In this document: positions 36,492-45,196 of the stretch, one piece after another
Layout of the letters: every line of letters starts with the position of its first letter
Position numbering within the stretch: the stretch's first letter is position 1
Assembly (NCBI GenBank): GCA_963787835.1
Contig: CAWBEI010000002.1
Location: 1,344,001-1,408,000 of the forward strand
DNA: 64,000 nt
DNA from: Ignavibacteriota bacterium
GTDB lineage: Bacteria > Bacteroidota > Ignavibacteria > Palsa-1295
Reading direction: 5' to 3'
The notes under the pieces: generated by a model
Seen by the model: only the letters and a program-made list of their open reading frames with translations
The model's database searches: none
Told to the model about the DNA's origin: nothing
Made by a program: the position numbers and the translations under genes

Positions 36492-37202
36492 TTATTCTAT
36501 GCTTCTGGAAGCATCCATCGGCTCCCATTTCTGGCCTGAAAAAACCTCGAAATTCGTCACAGGATGAACTTCCCATTGCGAGCCTCGTGACTTCCCGACC
36601 TCCTCCGGATGCTCCTCATCCCACAGGATCCAGCCCGTCACCCGGACTTTTGCATGGCGCTCTGAAAGCCGCTCCAGATCTCGCAACTGCCATTCCGGAT
36701 GAATGGATTTCCAGCGGGGCGTCATTTCGACGATCATCGCTTCGGCCTTTGTAGCTGTGGGGCTGTCCGCGATCCAGATATGGAAATCGACGAACGAATC
36801 GGAATACCCGTTACAGCTTTCCGGGCCGGATTGTTTCACGCTAATAAGATAACCCGTGACCCGAACCCCGAGCGATTCTTCGGAAGCAACAACATTTCGC
36901 TCTGCCGCCGACCACCGCTCCCTATGCTCTCGTCCTGCCTCCGATGGAAGCGTTGTAGAAATACCAATAATATCGCCAACGGTTTCATCGGTAATATTTT
37001 TTGGCGCAGCGAACCGATTCTTTTCCCGGTTGAGTTCAGGATCGCCGCCGGTGCCATCGATGCCAACGCCGCCGATCGTTTCCGGTGCCACGCCGGATTC
37101 CTGAACGGCAGGTGAAATCTTTGCCGGCTGATTCGCGTACCATACTATTACGATCACCGCAAAAATGAGAACGATCAGCCCGTAGGTATGTTGCTTTTTC
37201 AA
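36492..37202 (-). CDS. membrane-anchored hypothetical protein, probable OB-like fold
   Basis: N-terminal TM; ESCN, DFHIWI, VEMTPR, VRVTGWILWDEEH and WEVHPV motifs. Confidence 0.65.
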   Translation of the reverse strand: MKKQHTYGLIVLIFAVIVIVWYANQPAKISPAVQESGVAPETIGGVGIDGTGGDPELNREKNRFAAPKNITDETVGDIIGISTTLPSEAGREHRERWSAAERNVVASEESLGVRVTGYLISVKQSGPESCNGYSDSFVDFHIWIADSPTATKAEAMIVEMTPRWKSIHPEWQLRDLERLSERHAKVRVTGWILWDEEHPEEVGKSRGSQWEVHPVTNFEVFSGQKWEPMDASRSIE

Positions 37203-37244
37203 TGACTATCTAAAATAATGACTAAAATAAGGAGGGAATATTAT

Positions 37245-37442
37245 ATGGAAAGATACCCTAACATTCCGGATGTACGAGATGGTCTCACCGAAGTGGAGCG
37301 GACCATCCTGTTCGTCCTGCATGAAGCCCGAAAGGAATATGGCGACCGCATGATCCCCGCCGCGCTCATTTATGGCCGTGTCGTCGAACGCCTCGATATG
37401 AGCTGGGAAGAATTTCAGCGGGCGCTCGTCAGGGTAAGCTAA
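37245..37442 (+). CDS. 65-aa protein resembling the GyrA/ParC N-terminal segment
   Basis: Strong RBS AAGGAGG at 37229-37235; IPDVRDGLTEVERTILFVL...YGRVV...ALVRVS. Confidence 0.75.
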   Translation: MERYPNIPDVRDGLTEVERTILFVLHEARKEYGDRMIPAALIYGRVVERLDMSWEEFQRALVRVS

Positions 37443-37573
37443 TTCTCTCAGAAATAGGTGCCTGTCAAACACAATTGAATTGTCATTTAATGAAGATTTT
37501 TTCGCTTTATGTCGATTGTTCATTAACTTCTTCGAGAAACGTAGTGTCGTTTTCATATACATAGTCCCTTCCC

Positions 37574-38383
37574 TCATACTGCCGGCCTCGAATTTTCATG
37601 CGTGATTCCCAGCCTGCGTTTTCGATCCCACTCGTTGCGTTCGTAGTCTGACATCACCTTCCACACCGCCGGGCAGTTCGCGGATAGTACCCCGATCGGG
37701 CCGCGCGCTTTGCGAAACGGGATCACGTCCGAGCGCATTTCCTGCGAGAACACGATGATCGAAAGCCCGTGCTTTTGCTGAAGTTCCAGCAGACCCTCCG
37801 CCAGCACCGACCGGTGCCAGTGGTTCAGCGCGCCGAACTCGAACGAGTTAACGATGAGTATCTGCGAGGGCGTGATCGCAAGTTCCGCTTCCATACGCCA
37901 CGAGGTACACGTTGAGACCGGGCAATCTAACACACGGACGTTCTTCATGCCTGGTGCGGCATCCTCCGCAAACCACGAGTCCTGCGGAGCATCCGGGCTC
38001 GGACCCGTATAGCCGGATGCATGACGAATAAACTCGGGCGACCCCGTAAAATAGCGACGGAACGCGGGCGGCATCGGAACATTGCACTCCCGCATACCAT
38101 ACGCAAGCGTGCGCTGCATCATGTCCGAGCCGGCGTAGGTATTGACGAGCATCACATTCCGCTCCGGATATTTCTTCGCAAGGAACACCGCCATCTCGCT
38201 TGCCATCTCTACCGAGGCGCGGACATCGCGGTTCAGCACCAGCGTAAAGCTTTCCGACATCGCCGGGATGTTCTCGCTCATGCCCACGAACGTAAACAAC
38301 GTCTCCCGCTCGCGCTCCGGCGGCATCGAAAACATCTCCTCCATATCGAACCCACGCACCTCTCTCAGTTTGATTGCTTCCAT
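37574..38383 (-). CDS. hypothetical protein, degenerate DnaB/RecA-fold
   Basis: 269-aa ORF; ILIVNSF, LQQKHGLSIIVFSQ and ARGPIGVL patterns; no GKT. Confidence 0.6.
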   Translation of the reverse strand: MEAIKLREVRGFDMEEMFSMPPERERETLFTFVGMSENIPAMSESFTLVLNRDVRASVEMASEMAVFLAKKYPERNVMLVNTYAGSDMMQRTLAYGMRECNVPMPPAFRRYFTGSPEFIRHASGYTGPSPDAPQDSWFAEDAAPGMKNVRVLDCPVSTCTSWRMEAELAITPSQILIVNSFEFGALNHWHRSVLAEGLLELQQKHGLSIIVFSQEMRSDVIPFRKARGPIGVLSANCPAVWKVMSDYERNEWDRKRRLGITHENSRPAV

Positions 38384-38547
38384 AGTAATGTATTGTTATG
38401 TATGTGTAAAAAATGGTGCTATTTATTGCACCCGAGCGCATAAAAGCACCATATAACTCAAATCGTTCGCACGAATATCAAAAATATCAAAATTTCTTTA
38501 GGACATTGGTGCCTATGGCGAATTGCTGGAGATCTAGGTATTCTCCG

Positions 38548-38555
38548 TATTTTTG
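38548..38555 (+). promoter_or_regulatory. -7 promoter box (TATTTTTG), probably leaderless brnT transcript
   Basis: cgTATTTTTG ends 5 nt before the ATG at 38561. Confidence 0.45.
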
Positions 38556-38560
38556 TATTC

Positions 38561-38869
38561 ATGGGACTCATAGATCATTATGACGGTTTCGACTGGGATG
38601 CAGGCAATGTTCGCAAAAACTGGGAGAGCCATCGTGTTTCTCGGGATGAGATCGAGCAGGTCTTTTCTAACCGTCCCTGGTATGATTATGAGGCTGAACG
38701 ATACGTTGGGACCGAAAAACGGAGGATCGTTCTTGGCAAAACCGATCAGGGCCGATCGTTGTTCATCGCTTACACGGAGCGAAACAATCGCGTGAGGCCG
38801 ATCTGCGCGCGCGACATGCACAAAACTGAACGAAAACGATTCGATGAAAAAGTTAAAAGCGATTCCTGA
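38561..38869 (+). CDS. brnT: BrnT-family toxin
   Basis: FDWDAGNVRKNWESHRVS...EKRRIVLGKT...IAYTER...RPICARDMHKTE. Confidence 0.88.
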   Translation: MGLIDHYDGFDWDAGNVRKNWESHRVSRDEIEQVFSNRPWYDYEAERYVGTEKRRIVLGKTDQGRSLFIAYTERNNRVRPICARDMHKTERKRFDEKVKSDS

Positions 38870-39119
38870 GTTCAAGACGGAAGACGAAGAATTTGAGTTC
38901 TGGTCATCGGTCGAGAATATATTCGATTACCTTGACGCGGATAAGTTCGTCCAAAAAGATCCTCCGATGGTCCCTAAAACGCTCAGCTTTAGCGCTCCCG
39001 CGGAAATGGAACTGGAAGTGAAACGGCTTTCAAAGGAACGAAAAGTAGATGTCCCGGAAATGGTCCGCCAGCTCGTCGCCGCGGGGCTGAAGCAGCAACG
39101 CATTCAGCCGGGAGCGTAA
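38844..39119 (+). CDS. BrnA/CopG-like antitoxin
   Basis: IPEFKTEDEEFEFW N-terminus, RHH-like C-terminus, overlaps brnT. Confidence 0.8.
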   Translation: MKKLKAIPEFKTEDEEFEFWSSVENIFDYLDADKFVQKDPPMVPKTLSFSAPAEMELEVKRLSKERKVDVPEMVRQLVAAGLKQQRIQPGA

Positions 39120-39346
39120 AGAGTGCAGCAAATCACCGCACTAATGTTGCGGATGATAGGGACTATTCGAAGCTAATGGAATTTGTGAGGAGTTGAAGAG
39201 GGAAAAGCCCCAAGTGGGGGCGGTCACAAGCGCGGAACGGAAAACAGGCGAAGTCTGGTGGCAGGAATTAAAAGTGGTCATAAATCCCCTACATTAGTGT
39301 ACTTTCAAAAACGAGAGAAGAATCGTGCGCACCTGAAATAATCTTA

Positions 39347-40597
39347 TTATTGCTGCACTCCTATCGGCAAGAGGAAGTCAGAGTTGCCGAATTTATGCTT
39401 GAAAACATTCTTGGGAAAATAGGGTGATTGCGTTTGGTACCAACCGCTGTCAGTCGCTTGTGCTTGCATGATTGCTCTGTCACCTGTGCCTAAGAAAGGC
39501 ATTGTATCAATAAGCATTTTCCCCTCCGTTGGTGAAGACAAATATTCGAAGTCCTTATTAAAAGGTTCGTGTGTGAAATCTCGGTTTTGCAAAATGAGTT
39601 GGTGCTTGGCCATTGTTTTCCAGTTGATTTCCACACCAATACTATCAACATGTAGAGTCGGTTCATCGAGTAAAGGGAAAAGGAGTAGTTCGGAACCATT
39701 TAAGTCGTTAAGCCCGATTAATTTGCCCTGATCGAATGAATACTGAAAGTCGCTAAGATGCATAAGTACTGCGGCGTCATTCTTGAAAATTGTCGCAGTC
39801 CTAAATTCGACTTTTGCAGAAACATCAAAGAGTGTCTTAGTGCCTTTTATAAATCGGGCGCCCGCCCTCTTGCCCGTGAAATGGCTCCAAAGTTCTCGGC
39901 TCACAAAATTAGAAGAGTGGCTATTGTTTGGAAGCAGATTCAGCACCCAACCTGCCTCTGGACCCTCCTGTAAATGACCGATGACCCCATTAAAATTAGT
40001 ATCGATCGCTGAAAATATGTTATCTCTCAATTCGTTGCGTCTGTCATAAGCATTGACCGAATCGATGATTGTCATTAACCATAGGGTATTCTTTGGATAG
40101 AAGTTAAGTGTAATATCGATACCCAAACTGCGAATAGGATTAGCAATTCGCTCAGCTCCATTTAATACCGTGGAAATCAGTCCAAGTTGAACTTTAGTGC
40201 GCATTGTGGCTGTATCATCCTCCGTATGTAGAAAACGGAGTGAGTCAAGAGTGAGTCTCTGGTTCGAATCTATCACAACCTCTGATTCACGAAGAGATTC
40301 AGCATCTTTGAGTACGTTGGCTAAATAACCAATTGTTTGCCTCGATTTACTTTCCGCAACAGCCTCGGAATTTCTTTTGAGGTAGTCGCCAATTCCTTCG
40401 GCAAGAAGGCTTAAAAACAAGCCTATCAAAATATATGTTCGCACCCGCTTCCCCTGTCGTGTGAGTTTTCTTGACGTCTCATCGATTAACTGCGCCTTCT
40501 GCATTTGAGTGATCGCAACCAAGGCTGGCACAGCAATTGCGAGCAGCTTAATTGCTAAAAGCAAATAACCGATGATAATTGAAGTAGAATAGTTCAC
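39347..40597 (-). CDS. hypothetical protein (2 N-terminal TMs plus helical region), AT-rich
   Basis: 416-aa ORF with GTG start; no family recognised. Confidence 0.65.
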   Translation of the reverse strand: MNYSTSIIIGYLLLAIKLLAIAVPALVAITQMQKAQLIDETSRKLTRQGKRVRTYILIGLFLSLLAEGIGDYLKRNSEAVAESKSRQTIGYLANVLKDAESLRESEVVIDSNQRLTLDSLRFLHTEDDTATMRTKVQLGLISTVLNGAERIANPIRSLGIDITLNFYPKNTLWLMTIIDSVNAYDRRNELRDNIFSAIDTNFNGVIGHLQEGPEAGWVLNLLPNNSHSSNFVSRELWSHFTGKRAGARFIKGTKTLFDVSAKVEFRTATIFKNDAAVLMHLSDFQYSFDQGKLIGLNDLNGSELLLFPLLDEPTLHVDSIGVEINWKTMAKHQLILQNRDFTHEPFNKDFEYLSSPTEGKMLIDTMPFLGTGDRAIMQAQATDSGWYQTQSPYFPKNVFKHKFGNSDFLLPIGVQQ

Positions 40598-40760
40598 AAT
40601 AATTTCCCAAGCTCAGCGCCCATATTCCCAATCTCCTCATGCTTAGATGTAAATCGGCGAGTATAGAGTAATCCGCTAACACTCCCAGCACCTATTATCG
40701 GTTCCGTGCATTCCTAAATGGAGCTTGTTTATAAATCCTCCTGCAAGGGTGCCCGCAGTC

Positions 40761-41294
40761 CTACAAACTATACCGCACCCCAACTGCGCCATCGAGATCG
40801 AGATCGAAAATGCGTTTGAAGGCAATGAGCGGTCCGGCCTCCACAAAATATTGAATGCGTGAGCTTTGGGGATTGATGTTCAATCCGAAGATGGTGCGTC
40901 CGCCGAACCCGAAACCGTTATCTTCCTGATTCGCAAAGCTTTCAAGGTGTGGTTCGCGGCTGAAGAACATTTTCGCACCTTTGCCTAAGGCCACCGCTAA
41001 CCCCGGCCCGGCATATTCGCTTGTGACTGCCGAATGGAACAGATTAAATTCCCACACATAATCGATCTGCAATCGAGGGGAACCGAAATAATCGGGACCG
41101 AAACCGACATCGAGGGCATTGGCTCCAGCAAACTGATATTTCATCGTCACGCCCAAGGGGTCGCCGATGATGAACCCGGCGCTGAGTCCGCTGGAGGCCA
41201 GAGTTTGTGCGCTTACCGGTACCGTTATGAAAAGGACGCTCAGGAGAACAAGCAGGATGGATTCGGCTCTATTTATCTTCTTTGGGATATTCAT
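40761..41294 (-). CDS. small outer-membrane beta-barrel protein
   Basis: Signal peptide, GFIIGDPLGVTMKY, amphipathic strands and terminal GAVGVRYSL. Confidence 0.7.
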   Translation of the reverse strand: MNIPKKINRAESILLVLLSVLFITVPVSAQTLASSGLSAGFIIGDPLGVTMKYQFAGANALDVGFGPDYFGSPRLQIDYVWEFNLFHSAVTSEYAGPGLAVALGKGAKMFFSREPHLESFANQEDNGFGFGGRTIFGLNINPQSSRIQYFVEAGPLIAFKRIFDLDLDGAVGVRYSL

Positions 41295-41450
41295 GTTGAA
41301 GTATAACTCCCCGGAAAGCAGGAAATAACAGGACTGAACGATCGCGGGACATAAGAAGTAGGGTGTCGCGGAGTCCGAGAAAGTCTCATCATCCGGCGCA
41401 ACATTTCCATGTTCTTCTATTGTTTACCTCGCCAGACTCCTGTAACCCTA

Positions 41451-41858
41451 ATGGCATACATACCCGAACGCAAACCGTTTAGCTCCTGGAATCAGCTTTT
41501 TCTGAAGTACCGGCGATACTCCGGATCGTGGGCGTACCTGCTTCAGCGCCTTACGGGCATTGGGCTGGTTACGTACCTCTTTATCCATATTTGGGCGCTT
41601 AGCTCGCTTACAAAGGGCCGCGCCGCGTTCGCCGAGGAGATGAAGACGTTCACCACCCCTCCATTCAAAGTAGCCGAGTGGCTGTTGGGCGCTCTTGTGA
41701 TGTTCCACGCTTTCAATGGCATCCGCATTGCGCTTGTCGATCTGGCAAATGGCGCGAAGTATCACAAAAAGTTGCTTGGCGCGGTGTGGGTCACGGGTAT
41801 TGCTGTAGTGGTAATGATGTTTTTTCTCATTTTTTCCAGCGAGATCTTCGCAAAGTAA
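41451..41858 (+). CDS. sdhC: succinate dehydrogenase cytochrome b556 subunit
   Basis: WAYLLQRLTGIGL...HI and FHAFNGIRI heme-ligand His motifs; 3 TMs. Confidence 0.88.
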   Translation: MAYIPERKPFSSWNQLFLKYRRYSGSWAYLLQRLTGIGLVTYLFIHIWALSSLTKGRAAFAEEMKTFTTPPFKVAEWLLGALVMFHAFNGIRIALVDLANGAKYHKKLLGAVWVTGIAVVVMMFFLIFSSEIFAK

Positions 41859-42296
41859 ATGGCTGATACTAAGAATACCACCCCCCAGCCCCCTCCTGTT
41901 CCGCTCCGCTCCATAGGAGGGGGAGCTTTATTACGCAGCTATTCGCGCCCGCGCAAGAGCGGCGCTCCGGCGTGGTGGTTGCAGCGCGTGACGGGGCTTG
42001 CGCTTGTGGTGCTGACCGTCGGGCATTATATTCTGATGCACTATAATCCCGTCAGCGGGCATGATTATGGCGAGACGGCCTCGCGGCTCGTATCGCCGTG
42101 GTTCAAGGGAATTTATCTTGGCTTTATCACGATCGGAATGTACCACGGTTTGCAGGGCATTTGGAATATCGTTCGCGATTACAAGTTGAAGCCAGCCGTC
42201 GGCCTCACCATTTTTGGAGTGATCTTTATCGCGGGTGTCATTTTTGTCGCAGTGGGATGGAATACCATTCTCACCTTCGATCCGTTGAAGCCTTGA
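41859..42296 (+). CDS. sdhD: succinate dehydrogenase hydrophobic anchor subunit
   Basis: WWLQRVTG, GHY and YHGLQGIWNIVRDY; ATG directly after the sdhC TAA. Confidence 0.85.
   Translation: MADTKNTTPQPPPVPLRSIGGGALLRSYSRPRKSGAPAWWLQRVTGLALVVLTVGHYILMHYNPVSGHDYGETASRLVSPWFKGIYLGFITIGMYHGLQGIWNIVRDYKLKPAVGLTIFGVIFIAGVIFVAVGWNTILTFDPLKP
41877..41925 (+). repeat. family C 49-bp palindrome translated in the SdhD N-terminus
   Basis: ACCACCCCCCAGCCCCCTCCTGTTCCGCTCCGCTCCATAGGAGGGGGAG, encoding TTPQPPPVPLRSIGGG. Confidence 0.9.
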
Positions 42297-42299
42297 TTC

Positions 42300-42357
42300 G
42301 TAGCCGTGACCTTTAGGTCACGAGTGATTATGACCGTGACCTGAAGGTCACGGCTAC
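42300..42357. repeat. GTAG-type REP doublet
   Basis: GTAGCCGTGACCTTTAGGTCACG ... CGTGACCTGAAGGTCACGGCTAC. Confidence 0.85.
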
Positions 42358-42364
42358 CACAACC

Positions 42365-43147
42365 ATGACACCTCTCACCGAACTCCGAGCCAACCACATA
42401 CGCGGCCTATTGCGCGATGCCCGCGCGCGCCGCGGCGATTCGGAATTCGTGCTCGAAGGCCCGCATTTGCTCGAAGCAGCGATGGAGAAAGCGCTCAAGT
42501 TGATCGAGTATGTTGCATTCACGCAGGATGCCATCGTTCGCCATCCCGATCTGTTGGATCAGGCGGAAAAGCTGGATATTCCCGTCTATTCGCTGTCTGC
42601 AAAGCTTGCAGCCCGCACTTCGGATACGCAGGAACCGCAGGGAATCTTTGCGGTCGCTCGGATGCCGCGGCCATCGCCGGTTCGCGGGAATGTTATCCTC
42701 GCGCTCGATGGTGTGAAAGATCCGGGAAATGCCGGCACCATTATCCGGACTGCGGCGTGGTTCGGCGTTCAGAATATCCTTCTTGCCGATGGATCGGCCG
42801 ATCCGTTCGCTCCCAAAGTAGTGCGCGGCACTCAAGGGGCGATCTTCGATGTAAGCCTCGAAACCAATGCCGATCTGATGAAACGCCTGACCGATCTGCG
42901 CAATACCGGTTGGACGATCCTTGCAGCATCGGTTTCCGAAACAGCAAAGCCCGTCTATGATATTAGCTTTCCGGAGCGCGTCGTATTCTTGTTCGGCACC
43001 GAAGCGCGTGGCATTCGCCCTGAATTGTTAACACTGGCTGCTGAAGAGATCGTGATCCCGAAACATGGTGCGGGCGAATCCCTGAACGTGGCGGTTAGTG
43101 CGGCGATCATTCTCGGCGAGTTTCGCCGCAGAAACCCAGCGACCTAA
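42365..43147 (+). CDS. TrmH/SpoU family RNA methyltransferase
   Basis: DPGNAGTIIRTAAWFG, FGTEARG and ESLNVAVSA. Confidence 0.92.
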   Translation: MTPLTELRANHIRGLLRDARARRGDSEFVLEGPHLLEAAMEKALKLIEYVAFTQDAIVRHPDLLDQAEKLDIPVYSLSAKLAARTSDTQEPQGIFAVARMPRPSPVRGNVILALDGVKDPGNAGTIIRTAAWFGVQNILLADGSADPFAPKVVRGTQGAIFDVSLETNADLMKRLTDLRNTGWTILAASVSETAKPVYDISFPERVVFLFGTEARGIRPELLTLAAEEIVIPKHGAGESLNVAVSAAIILGEFRRRNPAT

Positions 43148-43195
43148 AGTTCTCGGTGAACTGTTTAGCGTTCTTCAAGTGAAATAAAAGCTCTA

Positions 43196-44038
43196 TTGAC
43201 CCACAATATCACCATACCATCCCCCTCCGGCAAGTGCAGCGTGACGTTCGGCGCTGCCGAACGCTTCGCCATCATTGCCGGGCCGTGCGTTGTGGAAAAT
43301 GAAAGCGTGCTGCGGGAGGTCGCGGACAGGTTGGTTGATATTGGGTCGCAGTATCCCGTCGATTTTGTATTTAAATCCTCTTACACCAAAGCAAACCGCA
43401 CCAGCACTACCAGTTTCACCGGAATTGGCATGGATGCCGCCCTTATGCTCCTCGCAAAGATTAGGAACGATTACGATCTGCCTATTCTTACGGATGTTCA
43501 CTCGCCGGAAGAATGCGCCATTGCCGCCGAAACGTGCGATGTTCTGCAAATTCCCGCATTTCTTTCCCGCCAAACAGAATTACTTCACGCTGCCGGAAGA
43601 ACAGGCCGAGTTGTTCAGATCAAGAAAGGACAGTTCATGTCGCCGGAAGATATGAAGTTCGCCAAGGCAAAAGTTGCCGAAACTGGGAACGGGAACGTAT
43701 TGCTGTGCGAACGCGGTACGTTCTTTGGTTATGGCGATCTCGTCGTGGATTTTCGCTCGCTTGTAAAAATGAGGGAGTTTGCATCGCCGGTGATCTATGA
43801 TGCCACGCATTCTGTACAGCGCCCAAGCCAGAACGGCATGAGCGGGGGAAACCGGGAATTTATCGCGCCGCTTGCGCGAGCAGCGATGGCCGTTGGCGTG
43901 GATGGTCTTTTCCTCGAAAGCCATCCCAACCCGGCGGATGCATTGAGCGATAAAGAATCCCAACTACCGCTCGTCGATCTGGAGCGATTGATCGAAAGCC
44001 TTCTCGAAGTGCGAAATGCTGTGAAAGGAGTTCAGTAA
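43196..44038 (+). CDS. kdsA: KDO 8-phosphate synthase
   Basis: IAGPCVVE, KANRTS, QIPAFLSRQT, KKGQF and DATHSVQRP. Confidence 0.95.
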   Translation: MTHNITIPSPSGKCSVTFGAAERFAIIAGPCVVENESVLREVADRLVDIGSQYPVDFVFKSSYTKANRTSTTSFTGIGMDAALMLLAKIRNDYDLPILTDVHSPEECAIAAETCDVLQIPAFLSRQTELLHAAGRTGRVVQIKKGQFMSPEDMKFAKAKVAETGNGNVLLCERGTFFGYGDLVVDFRSLVKMREFASPVIYDATHSVQRPSQNGMSGGNREFIAPLARAAMAVGVDGLFLESHPNPADALSDKESQLPLVDLERLIESLLEVRNAVKGVQ

Positions 44039-44039
44039 G

Positions 44040-45030
44040 GTGGGATCATTTATCAAGAGCGCACATCGAACATTCGAGATCGAATCCAAAGCCATTCGAT
44101 CGAGCTTGGATAAGCTCGATGAAAAGGCATTCGATAAGACATGCACACTGGTAATGAACTCCTCAGGTCGCGTGATCGTGACGGGCGTCGGTAAATCCGG
44201 TCATATCGCAAACAAGATGGCCTCTACGCTGGCATCGACGGGAACTCCGGCGTTCTTTCTCCATCCAGCCGAGGCTGCCCATGGCGATGTTGGCATGGTG
44301 CAGAAGGAGGATGTCATTATCGTGCCTTAGCAAAAGTGGTGCATCGGATGAACTGCTGGTGCTCGTTCCATCCCTTCGCAGAATTGGCGTTCCCATTGTC
44401 GCTATCACCTTCGCAAATGAATCGAAGCTTGCCATAGAAGCGCGTGAGAGTGGCGGGGTAGTCCTTCTGCTTCACGTAGATGAGGAAGCCTGTCCGCACG
44501 ATCTCGCACCGACGGCTTCGACAACGGCCATGCTTGTCTTAGGCGATGCGCTGGCTGTGGCGCTATTGGAAGCGCGAGAATTTTCAAGCGCGGATTTTGC
44601 GCGGCTGCATCCTGCCGGTGCGTTGGGGAGGAAGCTTACGTTCTCCGTTCACGATCTTATGGCGAGCGGGAGCGCCGTTCCACGCGTCAAGGAGAATGCA
44701 ACGCTGAACGAAGTCATGATGGAAATGTCGCGCAAACGGTTTGGCGCAACGGCCGTGACGGTTGGCGAACAGCTTGTGGGAATCATAACGGACGGCGATC
44801 TCCGCAGATTTTTCGAGTCCCATGCCACGATCGATACCAGCGTGGTGATCGCGAAAGATCTGATGTCGCCAAATCCGCGCACGGTTTCCTCTTCTGCGCT
44901 TGCTATCGAGGCGCTTCATGCGATGGAGGACCGCGTGCCGAAGGTGATGCAGCTCCTCGTGCGAGGCGAGCATGGTAAGCTCGAAGGCATCATTCATATT
45001 CACGACATCGTAAAGGCAGGAATTTCGTGA
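44040..45030 (+). CDS. kdsD: arabinose 5-phosphate isomerase (KpsF/GutQ), apparent +1 frameshift near 44322
   Basis: GVGKSGHIA and HPAEAAHGDVG in one frame; LSKSG, APTASTT, HPAGALG and CBS pair in the next frame. Confidence 0.9.
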
Positions 45031-45044
45031 AATATTTTCTTTTA

Positions 45045-45190
45045 TGTCATCCTGAGCGAAGCAATTCGACCGAAGGGAGAATTGCGGAGTCGAAGGATCT
45101 CCGAACATTCACCGCTTAGCCAAACTGCATGAGATCCTTCGACTCCGTTCGGTTCCGCTATCGCTCCACCGAACTACGCTCAGGATGACA
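45045..45190. repeat. palindromic element family B (TGTCATCCTGAGCG...GTCGAAGGATCTC/GAGATCCTTCGAC...CGCTCAGGATGACA)
   Basis: Terminal and internal inverted repeats; sister copy at 45892-46055. Confidence 0.9.
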
Positions 45191-45196
45191 CTTTTT

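Noticed and set aside
39120-39346. Possible gene remnant after the BrnA-like antitoxin
   Set aside because: Only short interrupted frames with no recognisable motif.
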